Of a DNA stretch of 64,000 nucleotides, positions 17,487 to 28,646 are shown in pieces (within the stretch, counting starts at the first letter, position 1; each line of letters begins with the position of its first letter). Where the stretch lies: positions 253,240 to 317,239 of the forward strand of contig CAZSUV010000001.1 of the NCBI GenBank assembly GCA_964610125.1, written 5' to 3'. The notes beneath the pieces are model-generated. The model did no database searches. It was not told where the DNA came from and saw only the letters and a list, made by a program, of their open reading frames with translations. The DNA comes from an uncultured Candidatus Saccharibacteria bacterium. GTDB lineage: Bacteria > Patescibacteriota > Dojkabacteria > SC72. Position numbers and translations under genes: made by a program.

Positions 17487-17705
17487 ATGTTCGATAGCAT
17501 AAAACTAAAGTATGAGTGTCCATTCTGTCAAAAAGAATTAGAATATACCTTAAAAGAATTACAAAAAGGTAAAATTCTTAAATGTCCTCATTGTGGAAAA
17601 GAAATACAATTAGAAGAATCAGTATCTGGTTCTGTACAAAAGATGGAGAATGAGGTTAAAGATTCTTTAGAGAATATACCTAAGAAGGTAACTTTGAAGG
17701 AATAG
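17487..17705 (+). CDS. Small zinc-ribbon protein
   Basis: 72 aa; CPFC...CPHC pair. Confidence 0.4.
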   Translation: MFDSIKLKYECPFCQKELEYTLKELQKGKILKCPHCGKEIQLEESVSGSVQKMENEVKDSLENIPKKVTLKE

Positions 17706-17765
17706 CTTTCTCATTATTTTCTTATCTGATATAGATTGCCTTTATTATGGTAGAATGCATCTTCA

Positions 17766-18239
17766 ATGATCCACACATTAACAGAAAAAACAGAATTAAA
17801 AATCTTTCAAAAGGTAGTAGATATACATAGACTATGCATATCTCAATCCAATGCATCAACCTATTCTCCAGAGGTTATACAAGAATGGTTAGACGAAGTT
17901 AATGTAGAAGATACAATAGGTCAATTACAATATACCAAATGGATAGCACTAGAAAAGGATAATAATATTGTAGGATTTGCTCAATATTCCTTACCTGATG
18001 CTGAGTTATACCAAATACAAATAGATCCAAATATCCAGAGAAAGGGATATGGAAAAGAATTGTATGAATATATTGAAGAAGATTTTAAGAAGAACAATAT
18101 AAAGGAGATGGAGCTATATTCTGTACTTAATGCAATTGAGTTCTACAAGAGCTTAGGATTTAAGAAGAAGAAAAGGATATTTTTCCCATTGAAGAAAACC
18201 AAAACAGAATTAGAAGTTATGATTAAGAAACTAGGATAG
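17766..18239 (+). CDS. GNAT family N-acetyltransferase
   Basis: 157 aa; acetyl-CoA-binding-like QRKGYGKELY. Confidence 0.65.
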   Translation: MIHTLTEKTELKIFQKVVDIHRLCISQSNASTYSPEVIQEWLDEVNVEDTIGQLQYTKWIALEKDNNIVGFAQYSLPDAELYQIQIDPNIQRKGYGKELYEYIEEDFKKNNIKEMELYSVLNAIEFYKSLGFKKKKRIFFPLKKTKTELEVMIKKLG

Positions 18240-18785
18240 TATAACCATAGCTGCATTATATTTCTCTCTTACAATCTCTTGTGCTTCAGGAATCATCTTT
18301 TTAAAACTTCTTTCCAATTTATCCTTTACCATCACTTTTCCTTCCTCGAGTTCTTTCCCAAGATCAACATACACATAATAAATCATATCGGGAATACTTC
18401 TAAAATGAGCCATAGCATCTGCAGAAGCTACACATTCAGCTTCGATTGTCTCTCTTGGAATACTTTGACTTCCGCGATGAGCTATTATGCAATGTTTAAC
18501 TTTAGCAATCTTTTCTGGATCATAACCTAATTCAGTAAGATATTTTTCTGCATAGTTTGCACCATCGATATGATGAGTTTCGTTTGACCAATCTACTCGT
18601 GCAATATCATGCAGTAGTGCAGAAATTTCTACTATCTCCTCATCTGCATTTAATTTCTTTGCTAATTCTTTTGCATATTCAACAACATACTTAACATGAG
18701 TATCATACATATCCATACCCTGGGCATCTTCTCTTTCGGAATATCTTTTTAATACGTGAGCTTTGACTGTTTCTACAATATTCAT
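18231..18785 (-). CDS. HD-domain phosphohydrolase
   Basis: 184 aa; LLHDIARVD and downstream His residues typical of the HD superfamily. Confidence 0.65.
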   Translation of the reverse strand: MNIVETVKAHVLKRYSEREDAQGMDMYDTHVKYVVEYAKELAKKLNADEEIVEISALLHDIARVDWSNETHHIDGANYAEKYLTELGYDPEKIAKVKHCIIAHRGSQSIPRETIEAECVASADAMAHFRSIPDMIYYVYVDLGKELEEGKVMVKDKLERSFKKMIPEAQEIVREKYNAAMVILS

Positions 18786-18803
18786 ATTAATATTGTAAGC
18801 TAT

Positions 18804-19265
18804 TTATATGTTTTTTGCTATTTCATTTATAATCTTTTTCTTGGTAGTATTATCTCCCAATATACCATATGCTTGAGCTTCAGATTCTAATGAAAATCCC
18901 TGGATTGTTATATTGTTAATCGGTATGTCAACAATATCCTTTTTAACTTTCCAATATGTCCCATTAGAATATTCCGAACATACTTGTACTTTGGTATCAA
19001 AAATATCCATGAAGAATTCCTTCGCTTCTCCATTCGTTAAATCTATAATAGGGGAAGAGATATAATCGTTAAATATTTTTATGAAAGAATCCAAATCCTC
19101 TGAATGTATGAGAATTCCTATTTTTAAAGGATTTAAATCCAAACCTTGTAGATATAAATTGGTTTTACCAATAATAAACCATTCGATATCGAAGTTATTT
19201 AGTGAATTCGAAATGAAAGAAAGGGTTTTGTAGAAATCTTCTTTCAAAGTTATTTTCATATTCAA
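18804..19265 (-). CDS. Hypothetical protein
   Basis: 153 aa; no confident motif. Confidence 0.35.
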   Translation of the reverse strand: MNMKITLKEDFYKTLSFISNSLNNFDIEWFIIGKTNLYLQGLDLNPLKIGILIHSEDLDSFIKIFNDYISSPIIDLTNGEAKEFFMDIFDTKVQVCSEYSNGTYWKVKKDIVDIPINNITIQGFSLESEAQAYGILGDNTTKKKIINEIAKNI

Positions 19266-20018
19266 TTATATCTTAGTTATTTCAAATACCTCGGGTAATA
19301 ATCCCCCTTCGTTAACCCTAAGGACACTCTTAACATTCCAATCTTCTTTTTTAAACACTTCTCTTATCAATACCTTCTCCTGAGTAAGTAATACAATCTT
19401 ACCCTTCGTTCTTAATATCTTCTTAGCAAGTACCTCTAGGGCCTTGTATGACTCTTGGTTATCCTCATGACTACCAACCCTAATACCAAATGGAAGATTA
19501 CATATAATCTTATCTATATTCTGTTTACTAAGTTTGTTTTTCTTAATATCACATCCAAAGAGTTTATACCTATCTCCATGAATATCAGCTGCAAAAAAAT
19601 TATGCTTACTCTTCTCTATAGCATTCCCACTAATATCTGAACACATAACCCGTTTAACATTGAAATATTTTAGTGCAGTAATTGGTATTACTGATGCACC
19701 ACAGAAAGGATCATATACAATATCTGAATTTTTAAGTTCTGCAATCATACACATAATATATGCTAAAGAAGGATTAATACCCGCTGGTACATATTCAATT
19801 CTCCATTCTCTATCGGAGAGATTTAACTTTTGAGTTTCATTTTCTATATGGGTAGGAGAGTAGAGATTTCTAAATGTCTCAATAGTTGAAATCTCTGATT
19901 CAAAAACTATTTCTACCTCTGATTGAAGTTCTATTTTAGTATCAGGATATTTTGTAAGCAGTTCCTTTAGAGCATACTCTTGAGTACCTTCTAAGATTGT
20001 AAGCTTGTAAGTCATCAT
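19266..20018 (-). CDS. SAM-dependent methyltransferase (RNA m2G/N6-adenine methylase-like; THUMP/Trm11/RlmL-type)
   Basis: 250 aa; motif I VYDPFCGAS; motif IV NLPFG (NPPY-like). Confidence 0.6.
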   Translation of the reverse strand: MMTYKLTILEGTQEYALKELLTKYPDTKIELQSEVEIVFESEISTIETFRNLYSPTHIENETQKLNLSDREWRIEYVPAGINPSLAYIMCMIAELKNSDIVYDPFCGASVIPITALKYFNVKRVMCSDISGNAIEKSKHNFFAADIHGDRYKLFGCDIKKNKLSKQNIDKIICNLPFGIRVGSHEDNQESYKALEVLAKKILRTKGKIVLLTQEKVLIREVFKKEDWNVKSVLRVNEGGLLPEVFEITKI

Positions 20019-20024
20019 ATATGG

Positions 20025-20417
20025 TTATTTCTTCTCCTCCTTCTTTGCATCCTTCTGTACCATCTTCAATATCTTCTGAACGAGAAAGAATAGTACCAAT
20101 GCAGTAATGATGAAAGATATGAAGGTAGTTATGAAATTACCATAGTAGATAATTGCAGCGTTGGAAGCCTGAGCCTCTGCTAATGATGCAAACTTTCTAG
20201 AATCCAATACCCAATACAAATTTGAGAAGTCAATCCCAGATGTAAGGTAAGCAATTGGAGGAGTTAGGATATCTTTTACTAATGACGACACAACACTATT
20301 CAATGCTGCTCCCATCATAATACCAACAGCTGCACCTACAGTAGCCCCACTAAATGCAAAGGCTTTAAATTCCCCCGTTAGCTCTTTACTTTTTTGTAAT
20401 ATCTTCTTCTTCTCCAT
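20025..20417 (-). CDS. mscL: Large-conductance mechanosensitive channel MscL
   Basis: 130 aa; EFKAFAFSGATVGAAVGIMMGAALNSVVSSLVKDILTPPI matches the MscL TM1/loop signature. Confidence 0.8.
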   Translation of the reverse strand: MEKKKILQKSKELTGEFKAFAFSGATVGAAVGIMMGAALNSVVSSLVKDILTPPIAYLTSGIDFSNLYWVLDSRKFASLAEAQASNAAIIYYGNFITTFISFIITALVLFFLVQKILKMVQKDAKKEEKK

Positions 20418-21672
20418 GATTTTTGATTTTAAAAGTTAAAAATAAATACCCTAATGTTAATACAGTCAATGCTGAATATACAATAATTTGGTTATTTAGA
20501 ACTTGCATTAAATTATTGTTGTATGTAATGAATAGATACACCTGCAACACAGTCATAAAGATTAAAACAAAAATATATTTAAAACTATTTATGGATATAA
20601 AATAGTTTGCCAACATAAACACAATTGCATAACCAGTCATACACAAGCCAAATAATGCAATGTATGGAGCCACAGACAAGTATTGACTTCCTATTGTGGC
20701 ATTTATAACAAAATCTTTAAAAAGGTACAATCCCGCCGTTATAGCTAATCCTATTGCTGCAGTCCCAAGTACTGAGATAATTAAGGTTTTTCGTTTTGCT
20801 TGAATTGAAGTTTGATTGGATAATCTTGCAAACATAACCGCTGCAATTGTAATTGCTCCGAAATATACCAATTTCCCTAATAAAGAAACTGCAGAATATT
20901 CTGCCCTAAATTGGGTATTTACTAGAATTAAATCTAAGGTATATGGTGCACTCAGAAGAAGGAATGTCATTGTTATAATTAATAACTCCTTGTAGTTTAT
21001 CTTTACTTTCTTTTCTAATTTTTCTCCATTGAGTTTGATCATAGGAATTATGATTATTGTGGTAAGCAATGCAGGAATAGAATTTGAAAGCATTAAAAGA
21101 GGTAATGATCCACCCATTTTTATTGCCACAATCCCCATTATAAGCTTCAAAATTGCCTCTCCAAACATTAAAAAATTTACCATTACAATTCGTTCTGTTC
21201 CAAAAAGCATTCCCTTAGACACAGGGCTTACAAATGCTAAGAAGAGTACAATCGCAAGGTAAAGAAAAGCACTCTGTGGGACATTTGCAATTTGAGAAAT
21301 CTGAACTCTTGAGAAAAAGAAAATTGTTGATACAACTATACCCAAAGTAGAAAATATTATTAAAGATTGCCATTTAAACTTGTTTAAATCATATTTCCTA
21401 TTTTCTCCAATTCGCTTAGTTATCATTGCCTGAATAGAGGTCGCTGGGATTTGTAGCAGATACATAATAGCCATGGCTGCACTAAAGGTTCCAAATATCG
21501 AGCTATCAGTATATCTTGCAACTATGATATTAAATGCATAGTTCAATACCCCTATTACACCTCCAATTATGCCTGTAAAAAGTAAATTCTTGATAAATCC
21601 GAGTTGCTTTATCTGCTTCATCTTGGAAGTCTTAGTCAAAGTTAGATATAATAGAATACGATAAATTAACAA
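20386..21672 (-). CDS. Polysaccharide/oligosaccharide flippase-like multi-TM transporter (Wzx/MATE/MurJ superfamily)
   Basis: 428 aa, about 12 predicted TM helices. Confidence 0.55.
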   Translation of the reverse strand: MLIYRILLYLTLTKTSKMKQIKQLGFIKNLLFTGIIGGVIGVLNYAFNIIVARYTDSSIFGTFSAAMAIMYLLQIPATSIQAMITKRIGENRKYDLNKFKWQSLIIFSTLGIVVSTIFFFSRVQISQIANVPQSAFLYLAIVLFLAFVSPVSKGMLFGTERIVMVNFLMFGEAILKLIMGIVAIKMGGSLPLLMLSNSIPALLTTIIIIPMIKLNGEKLEKKVKINYKELLIITMTFLLLSAPYTLDLILVNTQFRAEYSAVSLLGKLVYFGAITIAAVMFARLSNQTSIQAKRKTLIISVLGTAAIGLAITAGLYLFKDFVINATIGSQYLSVAPYIALFGLCMTGYAIVFMLANYFISINSFKYIFVLIFMTVLQVYLFITYNNNLMQVLNNQIIVYSALTVLTLGYLFLTFKIKNHGEEEDITKK

Positions 21673-21685
21673 ATTCTTCCATATA

Positions 21686-22813
21686 ATGACAATCTACATA
21701 ATACTTGCACTAGTTGGAGGCATAATGCTTGGAGTTGGCATATTTTACTTCCTAAAAAGGGGAAATAATAATCAAGAGAGTTTAAATGAAACGCTTGAAC
21801 AGAAACTTACAGAACTCATCCCCATTGCATTGAATAAAGCAAGCGAAAACCTTGTAATGATGGCTAATGAAAAACTCTCTTCTGAGACAAAACAGAATAG
21901 GGTAGATTTAGAGAATAAACGTGAGGAAATTACCCGTTTAGTTAAAAATCTTGAGGACTATGTTAAAACTACAGAGAAAGATCGAATTGATTCCTTTTCT
22001 TCATTAAGAACTTCCTTAGATGAAAGTAAGAAAATTACAGAACAATTGTCAGTTAATACAGAAAGCCTTAAAAAGGTGCTTTCTAACAATCAATTAAGAG
22101 GACAGTTTGGAGAACAAGTCGCCGATGATCTTCTTAAGATGGCTGGTTTTGTACGAGGTGTTGATTATGAATTTAACAAAGAGCAAGCTGGTTCTGAAAC
22201 CAGGCCGGATTTCTGTGTATTTCTCCCTGATGGCACAAGAATCAATATTGATTCAAAGTTCCCATATGCCAATCTTCAGAAGATGACAGAGACTGATGAC
22301 AAAGAGATGAAGGAGAAGTTTAGAGTACAGTTTGAGCGAGACGTTAAGGACAAGATGAAGCAAGTTACAACTAGGGATTACATTAATCCTGAAGACAAGA
22401 CTGTAGACTTTGTTATACTTTTCATTCCAAATGAAATGATTTTCTCATATATCTATGAAAAGATGCCTGAGCTTTCTCAAGCAGCTATGGCTAGCAAGAT
22501 TGTGTTTGCTGGCCCATTTAGCTTCACTGCTATTTTGAGAATGGTTAAACAATCGTATGAAAACTTTAGAGTACAAAAAAATATTTACAATATCATTGGC
22601 CATGTAAGGGCTTTTGAAAAGGAATTTGTAAACTTCTCTGATTCTTTTTACAAAATTGGTGAGAAGATTGATGGATTACAAAAACAATATGATACAGTTA
22701 GTACCACTAGATTTAATCAATTAGTAAGAAGGGTAGACAAGGTTAAACAAGAAGGTGAAATAGTGGGTGAAGACGAAATTCCTCAATTAGAAATTAAGTC
22801 AGTTGAAGATTAG
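21686..22813 (+). CDS. rmuC: DNA recombination protein RmuC
   Basis: 375 aa; N-terminal TM, coiled-coil, RPDFCVFLPDGTRINIDSKFP motif. Confidence 0.75.
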   Translation: MTIYIILALVGGIMLGVGIFYFLKRGNNNQESLNETLEQKLTELIPIALNKASENLVMMANEKLSSETKQNRVDLENKREEITRLVKNLEDYVKTTEKDRIDSFSSLRTSLDESKKITEQLSVNTESLKKVLSNNQLRGQFGEQVADDLLKMAGFVRGVDYEFNKEQAGSETRPDFCVFLPDGTRINIDSKFPYANLQKMTETDDKEMKEKFRVQFERDVKDKMKQVTTRDYINPEDKTVDFVILFIPNEMIFSYIYEKMPELSQAAMASKIVFAGPFSFTAILRMVKQSYENFRVQKNIYNIIGHVRAFEKEFVNFSDSFYKIGEKIDGLQKQYDTVSTTRFNQLVRRVDKVKQEGEIVGEDEIPQLEIKSVED

Positions 22814-23864
22814 GGTTATATCCTTTATTTCTAATATATTTCATTGCATCAGTTTCTAACTCTTCACATGCTTTTATCCATGCAGTTTGTTTGTTATCTA
22901 TCTCTTTGTACCATTCTTTTCTTCTTTTAATCTCTTCTAATGCAGCCACACATACAATCTCGTCATCAGTTATGGCAAATCCAGCATTACTAATACCCAT
23001 ATCTGTTGGAGATTGATACTCACTTTGCATTAATTTTTTAACTACGCTAAATGCTTGAACATCCCTATTGTAGTTTACAGAAGGTTTACCATATGCTTGT
23101 TGATAATAGGTGTCTATGACATTCCTGTCTCCTATATCCACGGTAGCGGCCTCATACGCTAGATTAACAGGATGCTCTAGAGGAAGGTTCCATATGGGGA
23201 AGGTCTCGTATTTTGCATAATCTGATTTAAGTCCTAATACAGAATCTTTGTAAACCATACCCAGGCATGTTGAGAGTTTTCCACTATTTGAAGCTGAGCC
23301 AGTTACAATGACTAACTTGTTTTGTACAGGTATAGGGCTATCTTTGCCAAATCCTTCAGGACTTAATATCTTTTCAATATTGTCTGGATATCCTTCTATG
23401 TAATATCTAAATGAGATATTGGGATTCTTAGAATAGATATATTTTACTGCAGTCATGAATTCTTCTTTTTTGTCATCCTCAAACTTCACATTGTTAATAC
23501 ATATATATGGAGTAACTCCAAAAGTTGTTTGTAGGTCATTAACAATATTAATGGAGGAATCGATATAGTTTTCTTTGTGATTATTCAACTGTCTGTTGGA
23601 CAATATATCCGCATAGTTCATACAGAAAATAATATCGAAAGGAGTATTTAAAGATTTAAGGATATCTATCTTAATCTTTGAATCAAAACCAGGAAGTACT
23701 CTAGCAGCATGAGAATCATTAAAAAGTTTCCCACCAATTTCCAAATACAGATGTCCAGAAGAGACTTTATTTACTCTTTTCAAAATCTCTTCTGTTTGTA
23801 ATCGCTTGTAAAGCGCATTATCAAATCCTGTTTTTAAAAACACAGGGACATCATATGTATTCAT
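22794..23864 (-). CDS. Hypothetical protein, possibly DUF1846/UPF0371-like
   Basis: 356 aa; LYLEIGGKLFNDSHAARVLPGF resembles a UPF0371 N-terminal motif (recalled, not checked). Confidence 0.35.
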   Translation of the reverse strand: MNTYDVPVFLKTGFDNALYKRLQTEEILKRVNKVSSGHLYLEIGGKLFNDSHAARVLPGFDSKIKIDILKSLNTPFDIIFCMNYADILSNRQLNNHKENYIDSSINIVNDLQTTFGVTPYICINNVKFEDDKKEEFMTAVKYIYSKNPNISFRYYIEGYPDNIEKILSPEGFGKDSPIPVQNKLVIVTGSASNSGKLSTCLGMVYKDSVLGLKSDYAKYETFPIWNLPLEHPVNLAYEAATVDIGDRNVIDTYYQQAYGKPSVNYNRDVQAFSVVKKLMQSEYQSPTDMGISNAGFAITDDEIVCVAALEEIKRRKEWYKEIDNKQTAWIKACEELETDAMKYIRNKGYNPNLQLT

Positions 23865-23876
23865 TGTTTCAGACAG

Positions 23877-24491
23877 TTATTTTACAGCTGCGACAGGTTC
23901 CTTCTTTCCCCAAGCCAATATCCCCAAGAGAATATAGCTAGCTACAGGGATCAATGAAAGTAGGCCAAGCATCTTGTCGTATCCTCTCTTTTCACAGATC
24001 TTCATCAAAGCAATGATGCTTAATACACCGACTACTACTGCTCCAACGCCAGGGATCAAAAGTAAGAGTAAGAGAACAGGATTCTGCTCACCTAACTGGA
24101 ATAGTAAGACCATGTTTAATATTGGGATCCATGCAAACCATGCATTTTCATAGTCCAATCTCTTTGCAATTTTCATCAATGCCAATGAACAATATATGTA
24201 TGAACCAAGTCCAATTACAATTGAAAATACCAACATAACTCCTCCAAAAAGCATAGCTGCTAATCCTGCAAATACACCGGCTTCACCATCTGTATCGGAT
24301 AGATCATATGAGTAGCTTGAGTAACTGTCATCGTATGTATCGTAATCATATTCATCATCGTAATAGGTTGTATCATCAGGAGCAACCGTTGTGGTATCTG
24401 TCTCAGTCTGAGCAAATACGGGTGCTGCTACCATACCTAGAGGTAATAGCAACGCAATAGAAAGAATTAGGGAAGCAATTAGCTTTCGCAT
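23877..24491 (-). CDS. Secreted/membrane protein with acidic Tyr/Asp-rich region
   Basis: 204 aa; signal peptide, TYYDDEYDYDTYDDSYSSYSYDLSD, then 3-4 TM helices. Confidence 0.45.
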   Translation of the reverse strand: MRKLIASLILSIALLLPLGMVAAPVFAQTETDTTTVAPDDTTYYDDEYDYDTYDDSYSSYSYDLSDTDGEAGVFAGLAAMLFGGVMLVFSIVIGLGSYIYCSLALMKIAKRLDYENAWFAWIPILNMVLLFQLGEQNPVLLLLLLIPGVGAVVVGVLSIIALMKICEKRGYDKMLGLLSLIPVASYILLGILAWGKKEPVAAVK

Positions 24492-24586
24492 ATTAAATAG
24501 AAAAATAATTTATATATTCTATTCTGACATAATCATTTCATCGGGTCAAATTGTAAATACTATGCATTATGTGTTAATTTATATCT

Positions 24587-25174
24587 ATGGAAACTGCTCA
24601 ATTTCAGATAATCGAAGGTAAGGTACCTGTGCTACTTTCTGCTCCACATGCGCGTTCTCATCGTAGACCAACATTAATGGGTACGTATAAACTGGGAGAA
24701 CCATACACAGATGAGATAGTAAAAAGAGTAACTGCAGATTCGAGTAGCTTTGGAATATATCTTTCAAAAGAGTGTAGTTATGATCCTAATTACCACAAAG
24801 TTAGGAAAAATGAATACAAACAATTGGTTAAGGAATTGGTTACAAAGAACAAGCTTGAGAGATTTATAGATATTCATGGATTAAAAGACAATCAAGGCTA
24901 TGATATTGCTTTGTATTACCCTACTAAATTTCGTAAATCATTAGAATTAGCATATGAGATAGAAGAGGCTTTAAATCATGGATTATTAAATGGTATTAGC
25001 ATCAGGATATTCAGATTTTTGGATAATGGGCAGGAAACATTAGGAGAATATGTTGCGACAAAACTAAGAGTTCCTTCGGTACAGATAGAAATATCAAGGT
25101 ATATCCGCGATGATGAACAATTGAGGGAATCTTTCATCAAAAATTTATCTACACTTGTAGAGAAATATATATAG
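24587..25174 (+). CDS. N-formylglutamate amidohydrolase-family-like protein
   Basis: 195 aa; N-terminal VPVLLSAPHARSH resembles the FGase signature. Confidence 0.4.
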   Translation: METAQFQIIEGKVPVLLSAPHARSHRRPTLMGTYKLGEPYTDEIVKRVTADSSSFGIYLSKECSYDPNYHKVRKNEYKQLVKELVTKNKLERFIDIHGLKDNQGYDIALYYPTKFRKSLELAYEIEEALNHGLLNGISIRIFRFLDNGQETLGEYVATKLRVPSVQIEISRYIRDDEQLRESFIKNLSTLVEKYI

Positions 25175-25272
25175 AAATTATTATCGGTTCATTAAGTATT
25201 TACTTTAGGTCTTTGACTACTATTCTTTACTTTGTTATCCTAAATTATCACTAATTTTATAGTATCTCTATA

Positions 25273-26304
25273 ATGTCTAATACACCTACAGTTAAAGAAC
25301 CTGTTGTGAAAGAACCAACAGTTAGTAATGATAAAAAGAAGGCAATAGAAATGGCAGTCTCTCAAATTGAGAAGCAGTTTGGGAAGGGCTCAATCATGAG
25401 ACTTGGAAGCCAGGAGAGAGTAGAAATTGAAACTATTCCCACAGGTGCATTGTCACTTGATATTGCATTAGGTGGTGGTATTCCAAAGGGTAGAATCATT
25501 GAAATATATGGTCCTGAATCTTCAGGAAAAACTACTTTGGCTATCCATATTCTTACTGAAGCTCAAAGAAAAGGTGAAGCAGTAGCATTCATTGATGCAG
25601 AGCATGCTTTTGATCCAGTATATGCAAGAAATATCGGTTTGGATATTGATAATTTATATATTTCACAACCTGATTTTGGAGAACAAGCATTAGAGATATT
25701 AGAAACATTGGTTAGATCTGCAGCATTTGGAGTCATAGTTGTGGACTCAGTTGCAGCACTTACACCAAGAGCTGAAATTGAAGGAGATATGGGAGATAGC
25801 CATATGGGATTACAGGCAAGATTGATGTCTCAAGCATTGAGAAAAATCACTGCAATTAGTAGTAAAACTGGCACAACGATTATCTTCCTCAATCAATTAA
25901 GAATGAAGATTGGTATCATGTTTGGAAATCCAGAAACAACCACTGGTGGGAATGCTTTGAAATTCTATGCTTCCATTAGAATGGATATTAGACAGAAGGA
26001 GAAGATATTGAAGGATGGGCAGGTAATTGGACATTCTAGAACAGTTAAGGTTGTTAAGAACAAGGTGGCTCCTCCTTTCAAAGAAGCTTCTTTCAATATG
26101 ATATATCCAATGGGTATAGATAAAGAGAGTAGCATTATTGACGCAGCAATAGATCAAGGCGTCGTTGAAAAGGCTGGTGCTTGGCTTAAATATGGGACTG
26201 AGCAATTAGCCCAAGGAAAAGATGCTGCTGCAGAAGCTTTGAAAAAGGATATCAAACTTAGAGACAAGATTGTTAAAGAGGTTATCGCTAAAACCAAACT
26301 GTAA
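25273..26304 (+). CDS. recA: Recombinase RecA
   Basis: 343 aa; Walker [10 protein letters not shown]; canonical RecA throughout. Confidence 0.97.
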   Translation: MSNTPTVKEPVVKEPTVSNDKKKAIEMAVSQIEKQFGKGSIMRLGSQERVEIETIPTGALSLDIALGGGIPKGRIIEIYGPESSGKTTLAIHILTEAQRKGEAVAFIDAEHAFDPVYARNIGLDIDNLYISQPDFGEQALEILETLVRSAAFGVIVVDSVAALTPRAEIEGDMGDSHMGLQARLMSQALRKITAISSKTGTTIIFLNQLRMKIGIMFGNPETTTGGNALKFYASIRMDIRQKEKILKDGQVIGHSRTVKVVKNKVAPPFKEASFNMIYPMGIDKESSIIDAAIDQGVVEKAGAWLKYGTEQLAQGKDAAAEALKKDIKLRDKIVKEVIAKTKL

Positions 26305-26306
26305 AT

Positions 26307-26960
26307 ATGATTGTAACTTTGTTAGAGTCACAGAAGAAGGATCCTTCCAGGGTTAACCTGTATATCAACGGAGAATTTAACTGTGGTATATCAGTTAATA
26401 CCATTGCTAAATACAGTCTGTATGTTGGGAAGGAAATAACACAAGAGACTTTGGATGAACTCTTTTTCTCTGAATTAGAATCTAGATTCTTTGATAGGGC
26501 AATGGGTTTTCTTGATAGAGCTCCTAAAACTGAACGGCAGGTTAGAATATATCTTAAGGATCTTTCATTCAAAAAAAGAGGTAGTTGGTTTGATAGCTTG
26601 AATACTGAAATGCTTTCAAAAATCATTGAAAAAGTAATTGAGAAACTAAATGAATACCAATATATTGATGATGAGAGATTTGCAGAGCTTTTTGTAACTA
26701 GTAGAATGAAGAACAAGCCAAGAGGAAAAGATGTTTTACTAATGGAGTTGATTTCAAAAGGGGTTGCGAAGGATACTGCGCAGAAAGTACTAACTCTTTT
26801 AGTGGAAGATGAAGCTTCGCTGCTAAAACAAACATATCAGAAGAAGTACAAAGAAGAAAAGATAACTATGAATGACAGGAAGAAGATAGATTTCCTACGA
26901 AGAAAAGGATTTAATTGGGATTTAATTGAGCAATTCATTAACAATGAGTCTGGAGACTAA
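26307..26960 (+). CDS. recX: Regulatory protein RecX
   Basis: 217 aa immediately after recA; repeated helical RecX-like modules (RAMGFLDRAPKTERQVRIYLK...). Confidence 0.6.
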   Translation: MIVTLLESQKKDPSRVNLYINGEFNCGISVNTIAKYSLYVGKEITQETLDELFFSELESRFFDRAMGFLDRAPKTERQVRIYLKDLSFKKRGSWFDSLNTEMLSKIIEKVIEKLNEYQYIDDERFAELFVTSRMKNKPRGKDVLLMELISKGVAKDTAQKVLTLLVEDEASLLKQTYQKKYKEEKITMNDRKKIDFLRRKGFNWDLIEQFINNESGD

Positions 26961-28644
26961 AAGTAATTGGAATATACCGAAAAAATTAAAGAACGATGAT
27001 CTAGTAAAATATCTACTTGAAAAAAGAGATATTAAAGATGTTGAGAATTTCCTAAGTCCTTCATTAGAAAATATCCCAAGCTACGAAAAACTTTTTAATG
27101 CAAAGAAGGCTGCGAAAAAAATTCTGAAATTTGTAAAAGCTGGGAAGAAAATTGCAATTCATGGTGACTATGATTCAGATGGAATATGCGCAACCAGTTT
27201 ACTTTGGAGTTTTCTTTACCGTGATTTGGCAAAACACTTGAATACTAAAGTAGATGTAGTTCCATACATTCCAAGTAGGATAGATCAGGGATATGGACTA
27301 ACTGAATCTTCACTCGATGATGTCATATCTCTTGGTGCAGATCTTTTAATATCTGTAGACTGTGGAGTAAGAGATAAAGTATTAATTAACAAATACATTG
27401 AAGAAAAGAGATTAGACTTTGTAATCACAGATCACCATCAACCTCCAGAAGATATTGCTTCAGATTTGAATTACATATTAGTACATCAAATGTATCCTGG
27501 AAAAGAATATCCAGACAGAGAAATATGTGGAACCACAGTAGCATTTCTACTTGTACAGGCCTTAAAAGCTGAAGCTGGTATGAGTATTGAGATTGATGAA
27601 AATACTAATGGCTTAGATCTTGTAGCACTTTCGACTGTCACAGATATGATGCCTTTAGTTGGAGTTAACCGCATATTTGTAACCTATGGCCTTAAGCAAT
27701 TACAGAAAGGGACTCGATTAGGTTTTAGAATGTTAGCCCTTAGAGCTGGTATCGAGCCCAAAGATATTGATACATATCATTTAGGGTATGTCATAGGACC
27801 AAGAATCAATGCAGCTGGGAGAATAGGGTCTCCATTAGAAGCGGTAAAACTCCTAGTAAGTACGGATGAAAAACAATGCCAAGAAATTGCCAATGATCTT
27901 AACGATGTGAATTTCTCAAGACAGAAAATGACTTCAGATATCTTGGAAAATGCCAAGATGAATATTGTAGAAACAGATAACCTCATATTTGTATTAGGAA
28001 ATGGTTGGCACGAAGGAATCATAGGGCTGGTAGCTGGAAAACTAGGTGAGGAGTTTTACAAACCTGTATTAGTAGCTACGAATAACGAAGGAGTGGTAAA
28101 AGGTTCTGCAAGAAGCATAAAAGGATTCAATATTACTAAAACATTAGAGAAGTATGGGATGTATCTTGAGAGATTTGGAGGCCATGAACTTGCTGCAGGT
28201 TTTACAGCTAAATTAGAAACCATAGAAGAATTTAGAACAGAGATTACTAACTATGCAAACGAAACTATAACCAAAGAAAATCTTACTCGGGATGTACAAA
28301 TTGATTTGAATCTAGATGCAGAAGATGTGTCGTATCAGTTGATAAACAACATGAAGGCATTGGAACCATATGGATATGGTAATCCTAAACCATTGATATA
28401 TCTAGAAGATTTAATAGTTGTAAAAAAATATATCATGGGTAAGGAAAAATCACATATGAAGCTCATGGTAAAGGGAACAGGTGTAGAACTTCTCAATATT
28501 GTCCTCTTCAACTGTTTTGAAGATACAGAGAAAATTAATGAAAATGATTCAATAGATGTAATAGGGTATCCAAGTGTGAATGTGTGGAATGGGAATGAGA
28601 CGATACAATTTCAAGTTAAGGAGTGGCGTAGGCACAGGGACTAG
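26944..28644 (+). CDS. recJ: Single-stranded-DNA-specific exonuclease RecJ
   Basis: DHH motifs HGDYDSDGICA and ITDHHQP; DHHA1 region. The track start at 26926 is TTG; the first ATG is 26944. Confidence 0.9.
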   Translation: MSLETKSNWNIPKKLKNDDLVKYLLEKRDIKDVENFLSPSLENIPSYEKLFNAKKAAKKILKFVKAGKKIAIHGDYDSDGICATSLLWSFLYRDLAKHLNTKVDVVPYIPSRIDQGYGLTESSLDDVISLGADLLISVDCGVRDKVLINKYIEEKRLDFVITDHHQPPEDIASDLNYILVHQMYPGKEYPDREICGTTVAFLLVQALKAEAGMSIEIDENTNGLDLVALSTVTDMMPLVGVNRIFVTYGLKQLQKGTRLGFRMLALRAGIEPKDIDTYHLGYVIGPRINAAGRIGSPLEAVKLLVSTDEKQCQEIANDLNDVNFSRQKMTSDILENAKMNIVETDNLIFVLGNGWHEGIIGLVAGKLGEEFYKPVLVATNNEGVVKGSARSIKGFNITKTLEKYGMYLERFGGHELAAGFTAKLETIEEFRTEITNYANETITKENLTRDVQIDLNLDAEDVSYQLINNMKALEPYGYGNPKPLIYLEDLIVVKKYIMGKEKSHMKLMVKGTGVELLNIVLFNCFEDTEKINENDSIDVIGYPSVNVWNGNETIQFQVKEWRRHRD

Positions 28645-28646
28645 TA